From Myxococcales bacterium (GTDB lineage: Bacteria; Myxococcota_A; Polyangia; Polyangiales; Polyangiaceae), in the NCBI GenBank assembly GCA_043747615.1, contig JAYTOU010000060.1, positions 1 through 64,000 of the forward strand: DNA of 64,000 bases, read 5' to 3'. The notes under the pieces were generated by a model. The model ran no database searches and was not told where the DNA came from. It saw nothing but the letters and a program-made list of their open reading frames with translations. Below are positions 10,572 through 21,115 of the stretch, in pieces. Each line of letters begins with the position of its first letter. Position 1 is the first letter of the stretch. A program made the translations under genes and the position numbers.

Positions 10572-11009
10572 CTACTTCGCGGCCCGGTGGGGGGCGCTCA
10601 GTGGCAAGGAGCGCGAGGCGAGAACGCCGTTCACCACGCGAATGAGATCGGCCGCGTCGTGGGGTTTCGCAAGGTACCCATCGCAGAAAGGCGCCGCTTC
10701 CTCGCGAAGGTCGCGTCCGCTCAACACCACGACCGGGATGTGCGCCGTTCTCGGACTTTTCTTGATGCGGCGCATCGCTTCGTATCCGTCGACGACCGGG
10801 AGCGAGAGATCCAAGAGCACGAGATCAGGTTTGAGATCGAACACGGCTTCGACGCCTTGGACGCCGTTGCTTGCTTCGGCCACGCGAAACCCCGCTTTGC
10901 GAAGGAGCGCGGAGTACGCGCCTCGTGTATCAAGCTCGTCCTCGATGTAGAGAATGAGCGGCTTGGGGAAAATGCCCGAGTCCGGGGCCCGGGGAGCTTG
11001 CTCGTCCAT
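10572..11009 (-). CDS. Single-domain response regulator
   Basis: ILYIEDE, PDLVLLDLSLPVVDG, LSG, YLAKP; purine-rich RBS (AGGAGA) before ATG 11009. Confidence 0.9.
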   Translation of the reverse strand: MDEQAPRAPDSGIFPKPLILYIEDELDTRGAYSALLRKAGFRVAEASNGVQGVEAVFDLKPDLVLLDLSLPVVDGYEAMRRIKKSPRTAHIPVVVLSGRDLREEAAPFCDGYLAKPHDAADLIRVVNGVLASRSLPLSAPHRAAK

Positions 11010-11230
11010 GTCGTTCTCCTTCTCTCTCTTTCTTCGTGCGTGGCTGCCGGTGCCTATAAAAGGCAAGTCTCTCTCCAACGGCGGTGATGCGTGGCGCGAG
11101 GAAGCAATGCTTCCGAAAAGCGCTACAAAACGACTCTGAAACGTTCTCAGCGGAGAAGGCGACGATGTCGGCCGCGCGCCCGACAGAGGCGCTTTGCCAC
11201 GAAAGCCGCCTTTTGCCTCGCCTCAATCGG

Positions 11231-11416
11231 TCACTTTTTCGGCAGCGCGAAGACGAGGATGGTGGAGATCCGCATCCCGTCTCCTCATTGGACTCCGAGG
11301 TAGCCGCGCAGCTTTTCCATGCGCGCGTCATGATCCGCGTTCGCGAACGTGTCTACGACGCGGCCGCTCTCGAGGACGTAGTGGCGGTCGGCAACGCTGG
11401 TCGCAAAACGGAGATT
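11231..11416 (-). pseudogene. Remnant of a branched-chain amino acid ABC operon: 3' end of a livF-type ATPase plus a 14-codon stub of the next gene
   Basis: NLRFATSVADRHYVLESGRVVDTFANADHDARMEKLRGYLGVQ* matches the LivF C-terminus, with no Walker motifs upstream. It is followed by GAGGAG and ATG giving MRISTILVFALPKK*. Confidence 0.7.
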
Positions 11417-11445
11417 CCCACCTTCAGGCCACGACGCAGCTCGCT

Positions 11446-12492
11446 CTAGAGATGGCGCGTGATCAACGCCACCATGGAAGCGACGGTGCCCTCCTCGACG
11501 GCTAGATTCGCCTGGAAGACGCATCGAGGCATTCCGTAGACGACGCAGGATTCTTCGGTCTCCGTGATCAGGCGACCACCGGCGGCGTGAATGAGCTGTG
11601 CGCCGGCTAGCCCGTCGTTGCCCATGCCGGTAAGGACGACGCCGAGCGTGGCTGATCCGAACTCCTTGGCCGCGCTCTCGAAGAGCACGTCGACGGACGG
11701 ACGGTGAAGCCCACCGAGCGGCGCTACGTCTAGGAGCGCACGAAATCCGCCAGGCGCACGCTCGACGGTCAGGTGAATTCCCGCGCGCGCAATGACGACC
11801 TGCCCGGCACGGTAAACGACACCCTCGCGCGCCTCGCTCACTTCGACGGCGCTCTCCTTGTTGAGACGCCGGGCGAAGGCCTCGGTGTACCCCGGCGGCA
11901 TGTGCAGGACCACCGCTACGGGAACGGGGAAGTCACCCGGAAGACCGTGGATGATGGTGGTGAGCGCCTGCGGACCGCCGGTCGAAGCGCCGACGACGAG
12001 GATCCGCGTCCCGACGTGAGCGCTGACGCGCTGCGACGGCGTCCGGACATCGCGTTGGACGGGCAACATGGACGAGCGCGTCGAGCGCACGCGGCCAGCG
12101 GCGAGGACCTTCGCCACAAGCTCGTCTCCGAGCTCGTAGAGGCGGTCGAGTGCCAGGGCGGTGGGCTTGTGGACGAGATCGAATGCCCCCGAGTGCAGCG
12201 CAGTGATGCCGAGCTCGCTGTCCTCGTCGGTCATGCTGACCACCACGACCGCGGGCGGGTCGGGTTGCGATTTTAGCGCTCTCAAGACTCCGAGACCGTC
12301 GAGATCTGGCATCACCAAATCGAGCGTGACGACGTCTGGCTTGAGCGCGGCGATCCGTTCGAGCCCATCGAGCCCGTCGCGAGCAATCCCCACGACGTCG
12401 ATGTCGGCGCTTGCGCCGAGGATCTCGCGGAGCACCTTTCGTGCAAACGCAGAATCGTCGATGACAAGCACGCGAACCTTCGGTTCACTCAT
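11446..12492 (-). CDS. cheB: Chemotaxis methylesterase CheB (REC + esterase)
   Basis: REC domain; GASTGGP, LHMP, RPSVDVLF, LTGMGNDG, VVYGMP. Confidence 0.97.
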   Translation of the reverse strand: MSEPKVRVLVIDDSAFARKVLREILGASADIDVVGIARDGLDGLERIAALKPDVVTLDLVMPDLDGLGVLRALKSQPDPPAVVVVSMTDEDSELGITALHSGAFDLVHKPTALALDRLYELGDELVAKVLAAGRVRSTRSSMLPVQRDVRTPSQRVSAHVGTRILVVGASTGGPQALTTIIHGLPGDFPVPVAVVLHMPPGYTEAFARRLNKESAVEVSEAREGVVYRAGQVVIARAGIHLTVERAPGGFRALLDVAPLGGLHRPSVDVLFESAAKEFGSATLGVVLTGMGNDGLAGAQLIHAAGGRLITETEESCVVYGMPRCVFQANLAVEEGTVASMVALITRHL

Positions 12493-13312
12493 GTCGTGGT
12501 GACCTGATGTGAAACAAGCAGCCCGCGTGCTCTTTGGATGTCAGCGCTGTGCCGAATCGAAGAAGCGATTCAGAAGCACCAACGAGCAGCGGTGCGCCGT
12601 CGTTCAACGCGCGGCTCAGGGAATTGACCACTCGCTGCACCGTATCATCGCTGAAGTAGATGAAGACGTTCCTGCACAAAATTGCGTCGAATTTGCCGAG
12701 CGAGCGGATGGCTTCGTCATCGAGGAGGTTCACGCGACGCCACTCGATCTTCGTGCGGAGCTGCGGCAACACCCGCGCACGCTCATCCACCATCTCGAAC
12801 CAGCGCTCCTTCATGGACTGCGGCAGCGCCCGAAGGGAGCGCCCGCCGTAGTCGCCCTGCTCGGCCCGTGCGAGGGCCCGGAGGCCTATGTCGCTCGCGA
12901 CGATGTCGACTTCGTCCAAGACGCCCATCTCCTCGAGAATCATGGCGAGGGTGAGCGGCTCCTCGCCCGTGGAGCAGGCAGCGCACCACACCCGGAGGCG
13001 CTTTCCGGCGGCGCAACCGGGGACCAGCATGGCCTCGCAGAGCACGCTCAGCTGCGCGGCCTCGCGAAAAAAGTACGTTTCGTTGACGACCAAGGCGTCG
13101 ATGAGCGCGTCGAGCTCGGCGCCAGAGCTCGCGTCGTAACGCAGGAAATAGTAGTAATCGAGCGGGGAATCGAAGCCCGCCTCGGTGGCGCGGCCTTCGA
13201 GCTTGCTGGCGAGGAGGGGCAGTTCTTTCGGGTCGTAATGGATCCCGGTCCGCTCCTGGATCAGCTTCTTCCAGATGGCGAACAATGGCGGGGTGAGGCT
13301 GAAGGCGCCCAT
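12485..13312 (-). CDS. cheR: Chemotaxis methyltransferase CheR
   Basis: VNETYFFRE, VWCAACSTGEEPLTLAM, ILCRNVFIYF, GASESL. Confidence 0.96.
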   Translation of the reverse strand: MGAFSLTPPLFAIWKKLIQERTGIHYDPKELPLLASKLEGRATEAGFDSPLDYYYFLRYDASSGAELDALIDALVVNETYFFREAAQLSVLCEAMLVPGCAAGKRLRVWCAACSTGEEPLTLAMILEEMGVLDEVDIVASDIGLRALARAEQGDYGGRSLRALPQSMKERWFEMVDERARVLPQLRTKIEWRRVNLLDDEAIRSLGKFDAILCRNVFIYFSDDTVQRVVNSLSRALNDGAPLLVGASESLLRFGTALTSKEHAGCLFHIRSPRHE

Positions 13313-13317
13313 CGCGG

Positions 13318-15675
13318 TCAACCCCGAAGGGCTGCGAGGCACATTTGGCGTACCTCCTCGTCGGAGTCAGTCTCAGCTCCGTGCGCGAGCGCGCTGCGCG
13401 CTTCCTTGGTCGCCGTGGCCGCAAGGGCGGAAGCGGCCGCGCGCCTGGCGAAGACATTCTCGCTTTCGAGGAGCGAGACGACCGCCGCGCGGCCCTGCGC
13501 CCGATTCATGCGAGTCAATGCGGCCACGAGGTGAGGGGCGAGGGTCGAGCTCGCCACCTCGAGCGCGGCAACCAGGTGCTCCACGCGACCCTCGCGCGGA
13601 GCGCTCAGCGAGCGAACCGCCCATGCTCGGAGCGGCTCGACGGTCAGCTGATCGATCAGCCACGGTGTCAAACGCGGAGAGCCATGCCCTTCGAGGAGAG
13701 TAAACGCTGCACTCCGGACGCTGGGCTCGACGTCCGAGATCGCGCTCACCAGCGCCGAAAACGCTTCCGGCGCATCGAGCTCGGCGAGGGCCGAGAGCGC
13801 CACGAGGCGGGTAGCAGAATCGTCCGCTGCGAGCTCACGAAGGAGGACCGGGAGCGCGTCTGCGCGGCGCGTGGACCCGATGCCGAGAACGGCAGCGCGG
13901 CGTACGTCGGGATCGTCCGATTGCGAAGCGCTGTCGAGGGCGGCGACCGCGTGTGCGCCACCGAGCCGCGCGATCGACTCCACCGCGGCGACGCGTACCT
14001 GTCCGGCAGGATCGCGCACCAACGCAACTACGGCTTCGGCTGACCCGCAAGCTCCGAGCTTCCCGAGCGCCTGGCAACTGTAGTAGCGGACCCACGCGTC
14101 GACGTCCGCTAGGCCATGTTCCAACGCGGCAACGACCCTGGGCGCGAGCGACGTCTGACCGAGGGCGCGCATGGCTGACGCCCGCGTGTGGGCAGTCGTG
14201 TGGCTCGTGAGTGTGAGAAGCGCACTCAGAGCTTCGGGATCGTCGATGAAAGCGAGGCCTTGCGTCGCGACGTCGCGGATCCGCTGATCGGCATCGTCCG
14301 TTGCCGCAACGAGGACGCCGAGACCCTCGGGATATCCAAAATACGAGATGATGCGGAGCGCAGCACGCCGCGTGCGCGCGTCCTCGGATTGGGCGGCCTC
14401 GAGCGCCCGCCTCTTCGTCTCCGTGCTCCCCAGTGATTGGATCGCGGCGACGGCCGCCTGAGAAACTCGGGCGTCGCTGTCACCGATCAACGAGAACAAG
14501 GCGGGCGCTGCCGCCGGATCGCCAATGCGGCCAAGGGCCTCTGCTGCGCGGGCACGCACGGTTCCATCGTCGTCTGCGAGGCAATCGGAAAGCTCTTGCA
14601 CGCTGCTTCGCTTCGACGGAATGAGAGAGATGAGCAGGAGGCGGGTCGCGCTGTCGGCATTGCGCAGCGCCGCGAGCAGGGCGTCCTCGGCGACCAAGCC
14701 GAGTGTATGTAAAGCCTTTGAAGCCTCGTGCGCGACGGCCGGATCGTCGTGGAGGAGCGCGACGAGCTTCGCCGCGACCGAGGGGTCTTGGACCCACCCG
14801 AGAACCCTGCAGAGCGCCACTTTTTCATTTGGCGCCGCGCGCTCGAGAGCTTCGCTCATGCGGGACGCCGCGACTGGTGCGGAGAGCCGTTCGCGAAACG
14901 CTCGGCGAACGGGAGCGGCCTCGTCGAAGTTTGCCTCGTAGCGATCCATCAGCGCGGTGAGCGCCATCGCGGCAGGGCCGACCAGAGCTCCATCGGATGC
15001 GATCAGAAGATCCGTGAGCGGACCAACGGCGGAGAGCTGGCCCGTGCGTCCCAGTGCCGCCGCGGCCGGCGCGGCGTAGAGGGGATCAGTGAGAAGGTCA
15101 CACAAGGGTCCGACGGCGCGCGGATCGCACGTGTTTCCGAGGACGTCGATGGCCGGGAACGCGCGGAAAAAATTCCGAGTGAGAACGGCAGCAACGAGCG
15201 CGTCGAGGCCGCCGGGGGAGCCGATCCTGCCGAGCGCTTCGATGGCTGCGACGGCGACGTTGTCATCGGGATGCTCGGTCAGATGCGCGAGTGCCGCGAT
15301 GCTGCGCGTGCTCTTGCGACGCCCGAGGATCTGCGCCGCATCACAGATTACCGCCGGAGCCATCGTCTGCGCCGCGAGCTCGAGGACGGCGTCATCCACG
15401 TCACCCGAGGATGCGACGAGCGCGTCGACCGTAGCCGCAAGACACGCTTCACTCGCGCGGTCTCCCACGAGTACCTGGCAAAGAGGCCACACGGCCGGGG
15501 TTCCGATTCGTGCGAGCGCCGTCACCACCACCCGGCGTACCGCCCAGCTCGGATCATTGAGCAGCACGATCAGCGCAGCGATGCTCCCCGCTCCGGCCTG
15601 CGTGAGATGCTGGATTTTCTCGACGCGCCCGCGATCTTCCTGCGAGAGCCCGGGCCTCGCAACGTCGCTGCTCAT
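13318..15675 (-). CDS. HEAT-repeat (PBS lyase-like) protein, Cpc7-like
   Basis: Many L-x-D-x-D-x-x-VR-x-x-A-x-x-ALG repeats; lies between the MCP and cheR. Confidence 0.9.
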   Translation of the reverse strand: MSSDVARPGLSQEDRGRVEKIQHLTQAGAGSIAALIVLLNDPSWAVRRVVVTALARIGTPAVWPLCQVLVGDRASEACLAATVDALVASSGDVDDAVLELAAQTMAPAVICDAAQILGRRKSTRSIAALAHLTEHPDDNVAVAAIEALGRIGSPGGLDALVAAVLTRNFFRAFPAIDVLGNTCDPRAVGPLCDLLTDPLYAAPAAAALGRTGQLSAVGPLTDLLIASDGALVGPAAMALTALMDRYEANFDEAAPVRRAFRERLSAPVAASRMSEALERAAPNEKVALCRVLGWVQDPSVAAKLVALLHDDPAVAHEASKALHTLGLVAEDALLAALRNADSATRLLLISLIPSKRSSVQELSDCLADDDGTVRARAAEALGRIGDPAAAPALFSLIGDSDARVSQAAVAAIQSLGSTETKRRALEAAQSEDARTRRAALRIISYFGYPEGLGVLVAATDDADQRIRDVATQGLAFIDDPEALSALLTLTSHTTAHTRASAMRALGQTSLAPRVVAALEHGLADVDAWVRYYSCQALGKLGACGSAEAVVALVRDPAGQVRVAAVESIARLGGAHAVAALDSASQSDDPDVRRAAVLGIGSTRRADALPVLLRELAADDSATRLVALSALAELDAPEAFSALVSAISDVEPSVRSAAFTLLEGHGSPRLTPWLIDQLTVEPLRAWAVRSLSAPREGRVEHLVAALEVASSTLAPHLVAALTRMNRAQGRAAVVSLLESENVFARRAAASALAATATKEARSALAHGAETDSDEEVRQMCLAALRG

Positions 15676-18203
15676 GGCGCCTTCGAGGCTTCCCCGTCGT
15701 TGAGGCCGAACGACACGCTCAGCGCCGTGACGGCAACAACGTGCTCGATGTTGGCCTTCGTGATCTGCCCGCTCTGAGCGGCGATGTCCACGACGTCCAC
15801 CGCGATGGCCCGGGCGCGCTTCGCCTGCTGGGCGGCCGATGCGACGATCTCCCGCGCTTGAAGCTTCATCTCGTCGACGGCTTTCGCCACCTCTTCGCTT
15901 GCCGTTGCCTGCTCGGCGCTGGCCCGCGCCATCCCCGAGATGCTCGTCGTCTGCTTCGCCACGTTGGCGCTCGCGGCGGTGACGGCCTCCGCTTGCTCTT
16001 CGAGAGCCCTCGCGGTCTGCTTGGCGATGCGTCGTACGTCGTCGGCGCCGAGAACCAGCCCCGCGGTGGCCTTCGTTTGCTCGTTCGCCGCGGCGGTCAC
16101 TTGGGCTGCGAGCTTGGCGACTTGCCGAGACGCGGCCTCGAGCTGCTTCACGCCACGCGACTGCTCGGAGAGCGCCTTGGCCGAGTGCGCCGTCTGCTTT
16201 CGCAAGTCTTCCATGGAGCGGGCAACCTCGACGGCTCCCGTGGCTTGTGCGGAGATGCCCGTCGTCGTGCGCTGCGCGGAGCTTGCGAGCTCGCGAGCCT
16301 GAACGCCGATTGACGTTACTTCACGGCTCAAATCAGCCATTAGCGCGCTCGTCTGGACGGCGCCCAAGCGCATCTCGCCGACCGCTTTTGCGAGCTGCGT
16401 GGCGCCGGCCGCCTGCTCGAGACACGCCTGCGCAACTTGCTCGACGTTGGCGCTGAGCTGCGTGTTTGCTTTCACGACATTTCGCATCGCCTTGGCCTGA
16501 TCGGCGGTGGCGATGCTGGTCTGCTTGGCCATCTGCCGCATCTCTGAGCCACCCTTGGCCAGGGATTTTGCGGCGGCCGTTTGCTCGGTCGCACCCACGG
16601 TGATGGCGCGCCCCTGCTCGCTCACCTTGGCAATGCTCTGCGCGAGGTGCTGGCTTGCGCTCACCTGCTCCTGGGTGGCGCGCGACATCTCACGTGTCGT
16701 CTGGCTGACTTCGTCGATGCCCTGCAGAATCGAGCCGAGCGCGCGTTCTGCGTCGACGGCGAGTGCGCTCCCTTCCTCCGCTACCTTCGACCCCTCGCTC
16801 GAGGCCGCCAGTGCTTCGCGCGTCGTCGCTTGAAGACCACGAACGATCTTTCCGATGTCCGCGCTCGCCGTCGCTGCTCGGTCGGCAAGGGCCCGGATCT
16901 CTTCGGCAACGACGGCGAAACCTCGACCGTGCTCGCCGGCGCGCGCCGCTTCGATGCTCGCGTTGAGGGACAGCAAGTTCGTACGGTCTGCGATGAGGTT
17001 GATGGTGACGACGATGTCGCCGATCTCCTCGGCGCGCTTGCCCATCTCCTTCATGACGGTGCTCGACTCGTCCATCGTCTGGCGGATCTTGGTGAACCCG
17101 CCCATCGACTTGACGACCGTGGCCCCGCCGTCGCGAGCGGCTACGGTAACGCGTTCGCTGACCGATCTCGTGTTGTCGCCCATTCGAGCGAGTGCGCGCG
17201 CGGTGGCCTCGAGCTCGGCAGCGGAAGTGGCGCTGCTCCCCGAGAGGGTCGAGATCTGCTCGGCCGCTTTCGAGATCGATTCTGCGGAGCGCGCGACCTC
17301 TTCGATCGACGCGGCGGTGGCATCGATGGTTGCAGCGTTTTTTTCGGCCGTTGCGGCCACTTCTTCGACCGTCGCAGCGACCTCGTTCACGCTCGATGCC
17401 GTGCTCGATGCGAGAAGCGCGAGCTGCTTGGCGTGCTCGGCGACGGCTCGGATCGAACGCGAGAGCTCCTCGGTTGCCGTGGACGTTCCTTCGACGGAGG
17501 TCGCGAGCTCACCGGCGCCGGTGGCGATGGAGGTCACGCCCTTCTCGATGTTGCCGATCGACGTTCCGACGGTCACAACGCGATCGCCGGCGGCCTGCGC
17601 GTCGGTTGCAATGCGCGCGATGCCCTTCGACATCTCCTCGATGGTCGCCCCGACCTCCTCGATCGACGCGGCGTTGGCCTGACCGCGGTGGGTCATGTCG
17701 GTGAGGGTTGCCACGGTCTGGGTGGCCGAGGCGAGGAGCTCCTCGCTCGCGGCCGCGAGGTCCTCGGAGTTGACGCTCACGCCCTTGATTGAGCGGGCGA
17801 TCTCCTCGAGGGTCGATGCGGTGGCGTCCGACGAAGCCGCCAGGTGGGCGGCGTCTTTCTTCACCGTGGTGATCGATGTCGACAGCTCCTGAAGGCTCGT
17901 GGCGTTCGCCTCTGAGCTCTGATGAAGGCCCTTGGCCGCATCGCTCACGTTCTTCTGCGACTTGGTGAGCTGCTGCGCGGAAGCCGAGGTCTGCTCGATG
18001 GCCGCGGCGATGCCTTCGATGGCGATACGAACCTGTTCACCCGATGCCGCTTGCTCCTCGCCCGAAGCTGCCAGCCGCGAAGCCGCCTCCTCGACCGCTC
18101 GCGCGAGCGAGGCTGTTTGCCTGAGAGAGCGAACCGTCGAGTCCGCGCGTAACCGAGCCTCGTCCATACCGAGCGCGCCTGCCTTTTGCCCATTACCCGA
18201 CAT
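15672..18203 (-). CDS. Soluble methyl-accepting chemotaxis protein with a long coiled coil
   Basis: Hairpin tip [37 protein letters not shown]; no TM segments; RBS GGAGAGGAG before ATG 18203. Confidence 0.95.
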   Translation of the reverse strand: MSGNGQKAGALGMDEARLRADSTVRSLRQTASLARAVEEAASRLAASGEEQAASGEQVRIAIEGIAAAIEQTSASAQQLTKSQKNVSDAAKGLHQSSEANATSLQELSTSITTVKKDAAHLAASSDATASTLEEIARSIKGVSVNSEDLAAASEELLASATQTVATLTDMTHRGQANAASIEEVGATIEEMSKGIARIATDAQAAGDRVVTVGTSIGNIEKGVTSIATGAGELATSVEGTSTATEELSRSIRAVAEHAKQLALLASSTASSVNEVAATVEEVAATAEKNAATIDATAASIEEVARSAESISKAAEQISTLSGSSATSAAELEATARALARMGDNTRSVSERVTVAARDGGATVVKSMGGFTKIRQTMDESSTVMKEMGKRAEEIGDIVVTINLIADRTNLLSLNASIEAARAGEHGRGFAVVAEEIRALADRAATASADIGKIVRGLQATTREALAASSEGSKVAEEGSALAVDAERALGSILQGIDEVSQTTREMSRATQEQVSASQHLAQSIAKVSEQGRAITVGATEQTAAAKSLAKGGSEMRQMAKQTSIATADQAKAMRNVVKANTQLSANVEQVAQACLEQAAGATQLAKAVGEMRLGAVQTSALMADLSREVTSIGVQARELASSAQRTTTGISAQATGAVEVARSMEDLRKQTAHSAKALSEQSRGVKQLEAASRQVAKLAAQVTAAANEQTKATAGLVLGADDVRRIAKQTARALEEQAEAVTAASANVAKQTTSISGMARASAEQATASEEVAKAVDEMKLQAREIVASAAQQAKRARAIAVDVVDIAAQSGQITKANIEHVVAVTALSVSFGLNDGEASKAP

Positions 18204-18675
18204 CGATTTGCTCCTCTCCAATGACCTTCGCGAAATCCATGACGAGAAGGAGCCGCGACCCCACCTGCGCCACGGCTCTGACGTATCCGCCGGCTTCGTC
18301 CTCGAGGAGCTTCGGCGCTGGCCGGAGCTGCGCCGGCGTGATCTTGAGCACCTCGCGTCCGCTATCGACGAGGAGGCCGACGACGCGCTCGCCGGCCAGA
18401 CCGACCACGATCCGCGTGTCGATGGTGGGCGGCGCGTGCGGTAGGTGGAACCTCGCCCGGAGATCGATGAGGGGGACGATCCGTCCGCGGATCTGGACGA
18501 TGCCGGCCACGAACGCCGCCGAGCCGGGCACGGAGGTCGCGCCCGCGAAGGACTCGATCTGGACGACCGTTGCCGTGGGGAGCACGTACTCGGCGTCGCC
18601 GACCTTGAAGACGACGTAGAGGGAGGGCACGTCCTCCGCGGAGATCTTTTCTTCGTGCCGCGTGAGGTACGTCAT
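18193..18675 (-). CDS. cheW: Chemotaxis adaptor CheW
   Basis: [31 protein letters not shown]. Confidence 0.95.
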   Translation of the reverse strand: MTYLTRHEEKISAEDVPSLYVVFKVGDAEYVLPTATVVQIESFAGATSVPGSAAFVAGIVQIRGRIVPLIDLRARFHLPHAPPTIDTRIVVGLAGERVVGLLVDSGREVLKITPAQLRPAPKLLEDEAGGYVRAVAQVGSRLLLVMDFAKVIGEEQIDVG

Positions 18676-20708
18676 GCTGCGTGCTCCTTGTCCCTGCCGA
18701 GTAGCGTCGCGCCGAGCGCCACGAGATCGAGAACGAGGGTCGGCCTTCCGTCTCCGAGATCCGTGGCGCCCGCGATCCCGGGCATCTGGACGAGCGGATC
18801 CGTGAGAGGGCGAACGACGGCCTCCTGCTGCCCCTGAACACGATCGATGCCGAAGGCCATTGCTCCGTTCTCCCGACGAACGAGAAGGGCCTGACGCGGG
18901 AGCTCACCGGAGGAGCTCAAGAGATGAAAGACGGACCTGAGATCCACGAGCGGTATGGCCTCTCCGCGGCGCTCGACGAGCCCGGCGTAGCGCGACTGGC
19001 CTTTCGAAGCGCGGGACGGGCCGTGCCGCACCTTTTCGCGATCGATCTCCAGGATCTCGTCGACCGTCGAGACCGGAACGACGAAGCGTTGGCCCCCACA
19101 CTCGAACGTGAACGCGTCCACGATGGCGATGGTGAGCGGGACTCGCAACGTGAAGGTCGTGCCCACCCCGCGGGTGGTTCGCATCAGCAATTCGCCACCG
19201 AGCTGGTTGACGACGATGCGCTTGACGATGTCCATGCCCAGACCCCGGCCGCTGGTGGTCGTCGCCTGGGCCCGGGTCGAAAGTCCTGCGAGGCACAGCG
19301 CGTCGAGGAGAGCTCCGTCGCCGACCCCAATCTCGCGTCCGGTGCGTCGGGCGACCGCGGCCCGGTCGACGCCGGCACCATCGTCCGTAATCGAGAGCTC
19401 GAGGCGCGTGTTGGAGTGCGCGGAGCACACGATGCGTATCGTGCCGTCGGGGGGTTTTCCCGTGCTTAGCCGCGCGTTCGGCGCTTCGATCGCGTGGTCG
19501 ACGGCATTGCGGATCACGTGAACGATCGCCGGAAAAATACGCTCGGCGACGGCCTTGTCGAGCTCGACGTTTCCCGTCTCGACGAGCAGACGGACCTGCT
19601 TGCCACTCTCGAGACTCAAGCCGCGCATGATGAGAGGAACGCGATCGAGGACTTCTGCGACGGGCACCATGCGAACGCGAAGAATCGCCGCCCGCAGATC
19701 CCGCAGTTGACGGGAGTTGTCTTTGACGATCTGGCCGAGCTCGCGGGTGTTCACGCCCGCCTCCGCCATCGCGCTCACGGCGCGCGCGAGGCGGGAACGG
19801 GTAACGATCAGTGCTGAGAGCTGCTCCATGGCGTCGTCGAGACGTTCCACGTCGACGCGCACGATGCTGCGGCGGTGCTGGGACGGTGAGTCGTGGACTT
19901 CGACTTCTTCTGGGGGGATCCACGGATCCTCGATTGCGCCGCCGGCCGTGCCGAGCAATTGAAGAGCGTCCGTCTCGATGCCGATCGCAGCAGCCAGATC
20001 TGCGTCGGAGGCGGAGGTCACGACGAGAAGCGCAAAGCTCAGACCGCCGGGCGCGTCAGCGGTGGGGAGCACCGACACCGGGATCACCTTCACGATCTCC
20101 GCAATCGCGCCGACGCGTTCGCGAACGGTGTTGATCGAAAGTCCCTTCGCGACCCTCGACGGTGACGGCGTGAAATCGCCGCGGATGGCTCGCCTCCCAT
20201 CCTTGCCGTTGCACGCGAGCGCCGCCAGCTCGAAGGGCGCCAGCTTGCTCGCGAGGGCGGGATCGAGATTGAGGATCACGCGCGCCGCGCCTTCGACCTT
20301 CGCGCCATCGGGCTTGAGTTGGTCGATGGCCTCGAGCAGTCCCTCGGGTGGCGGCGCGATCGGCTTCTTTTCCGCGAGGGCACGCACACGCTGCTCGATG
20401 GCGCGAACGCCCTTCAGCAGGGTGTCGACCGCGTCGGCGGAGAGCCTTCCGTCGCTGCGATCGGCCAACCGTAGTGCGCTCTCCATGCAATGGGCGATGG
20501 CAACGACGGGCTCGACCCCCACCATAGAGGACAGACTCTTGATGGTATGGAGCGCGCGAAAGAGATCGCGCACCGCGCGCGGGTTCGTCTGACCCCGTTT
20601 GATCGACGCATCGACTTCGAGGAGCGTAGCGTTGGCGACGCCGAGCTGCTCCTCTGCCTCGGCCAGATAGGCGCCGAGGTACTCGCGAAGGTCGATCGTG
20701 TTCGTCAA
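18672..20708 (-). CDS. cheA: Chemotaxis histidine kinase CheA
   Basis: Hpt FRALHTIK, HVIRNAVDHAIE, DDGAGVD, SGRGLGMD, C-terminal CheW-like domain. Confidence 0.96.
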   Translation of the reverse strand: MTNTIDLREYLGAYLAEAEEQLGVANATLLEVDASIKRGQTNPRAVRDLFRALHTIKSLSSMVGVEPVVAIAHCMESALRLADRSDGRLSADAVDTLLKGVRAIEQRVRALAEKKPIAPPPEGLLEAIDQLKPDGAKVEGAARVILNLDPALASKLAPFELAALACNGKDGRRAIRGDFTPSPSRVAKGLSINTVRERVGAIAEIVKVIPVSVLPTADAPGGLSFALLVVTSASDADLAAAIGIETDALQLLGTAGGAIEDPWIPPEEVEVHDSPSQHRRSIVRVDVERLDDAMEQLSALIVTRSRLARAVSAMAEAGVNTRELGQIVKDNSRQLRDLRAAILRVRMVPVAEVLDRVPLIMRGLSLESGKQVRLLVETGNVELDKAVAERIFPAIVHVIRNAVDHAIEAPNARLSTGKPPDGTIRIVCSAHSNTRLELSITDDGAGVDRAAVARRTGREIGVGDGALLDALCLAGLSTRAQATTTSGRGLGMDIVKRIVVNQLGGELLMRTTRGVGTTFTLRVPLTIAIVDAFTFECGGQRFVVPVSTVDEILEIDREKVRHGPSRASKGQSRYAGLVERRGEAIPLVDLRSVFHLLSSSGELPRQALLVRRENGAMAFGIDRVQGQQEAVVRPLTDPLVQMPGIAGATDLGDGRPTLVLDLVALGATLLGRDKEHAA

Positions 20709-21085
20709 CGGAGAGACCGCCCTTCGAGCAGGGCTTCAACCTCCCCGAGGATGGCCTCGGGTGTGAACGGCTTCGTCATGTAGCGCGAGGCCCCCGCGCT
20801 CAGCGCCGCGACGCGCGAAGTCTCGTCACCCCGCGTGGTCAGGATGATGATGGGGAGCGCCCGCAGCTTGTCCTGAGTGCGAACGAACTCGAGGACCTCG
20901 ATGCCGCCGATGTCCGGCATGTTCAAGTCGAGCACCACCACGTCGAACGGCTTGAGCGAGAGCTGCTCGATGGCCTCGAGCCCGCTAGAAGCTTGGGTCA
21001 CGTGGAGCGCAGCCTTCGGCTTCAAGCAAGCCGCCACCATGTCGCGCATCACCTTGCTGTCATCGACGACGAGCACTTCAGCCAA
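20705..21085 (-). CDS. cheY: CheY-like response regulator
   Basis: VLVVDDS, VVLDLNMPDIGG, LTT, TKPF. Start placed at TTG 21085 after GAGGTGG. Confidence 0.9.
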   Translation of the reverse strand: MAEVLVVDDSKVMRDMVAACLKPKAALHVTQASSGLEAIEQLSLKPFDVVVLDLNMPDIGGIEVLEFVRTQDKLRALPIIILTTRGDETSRVAALSAGASRYMTKPFTPEAILGEVEALLEGRSLR

Positions 21086-21115
21086 AGCCCACCTCACGGT
21101 TCTGCGATGCACTCT

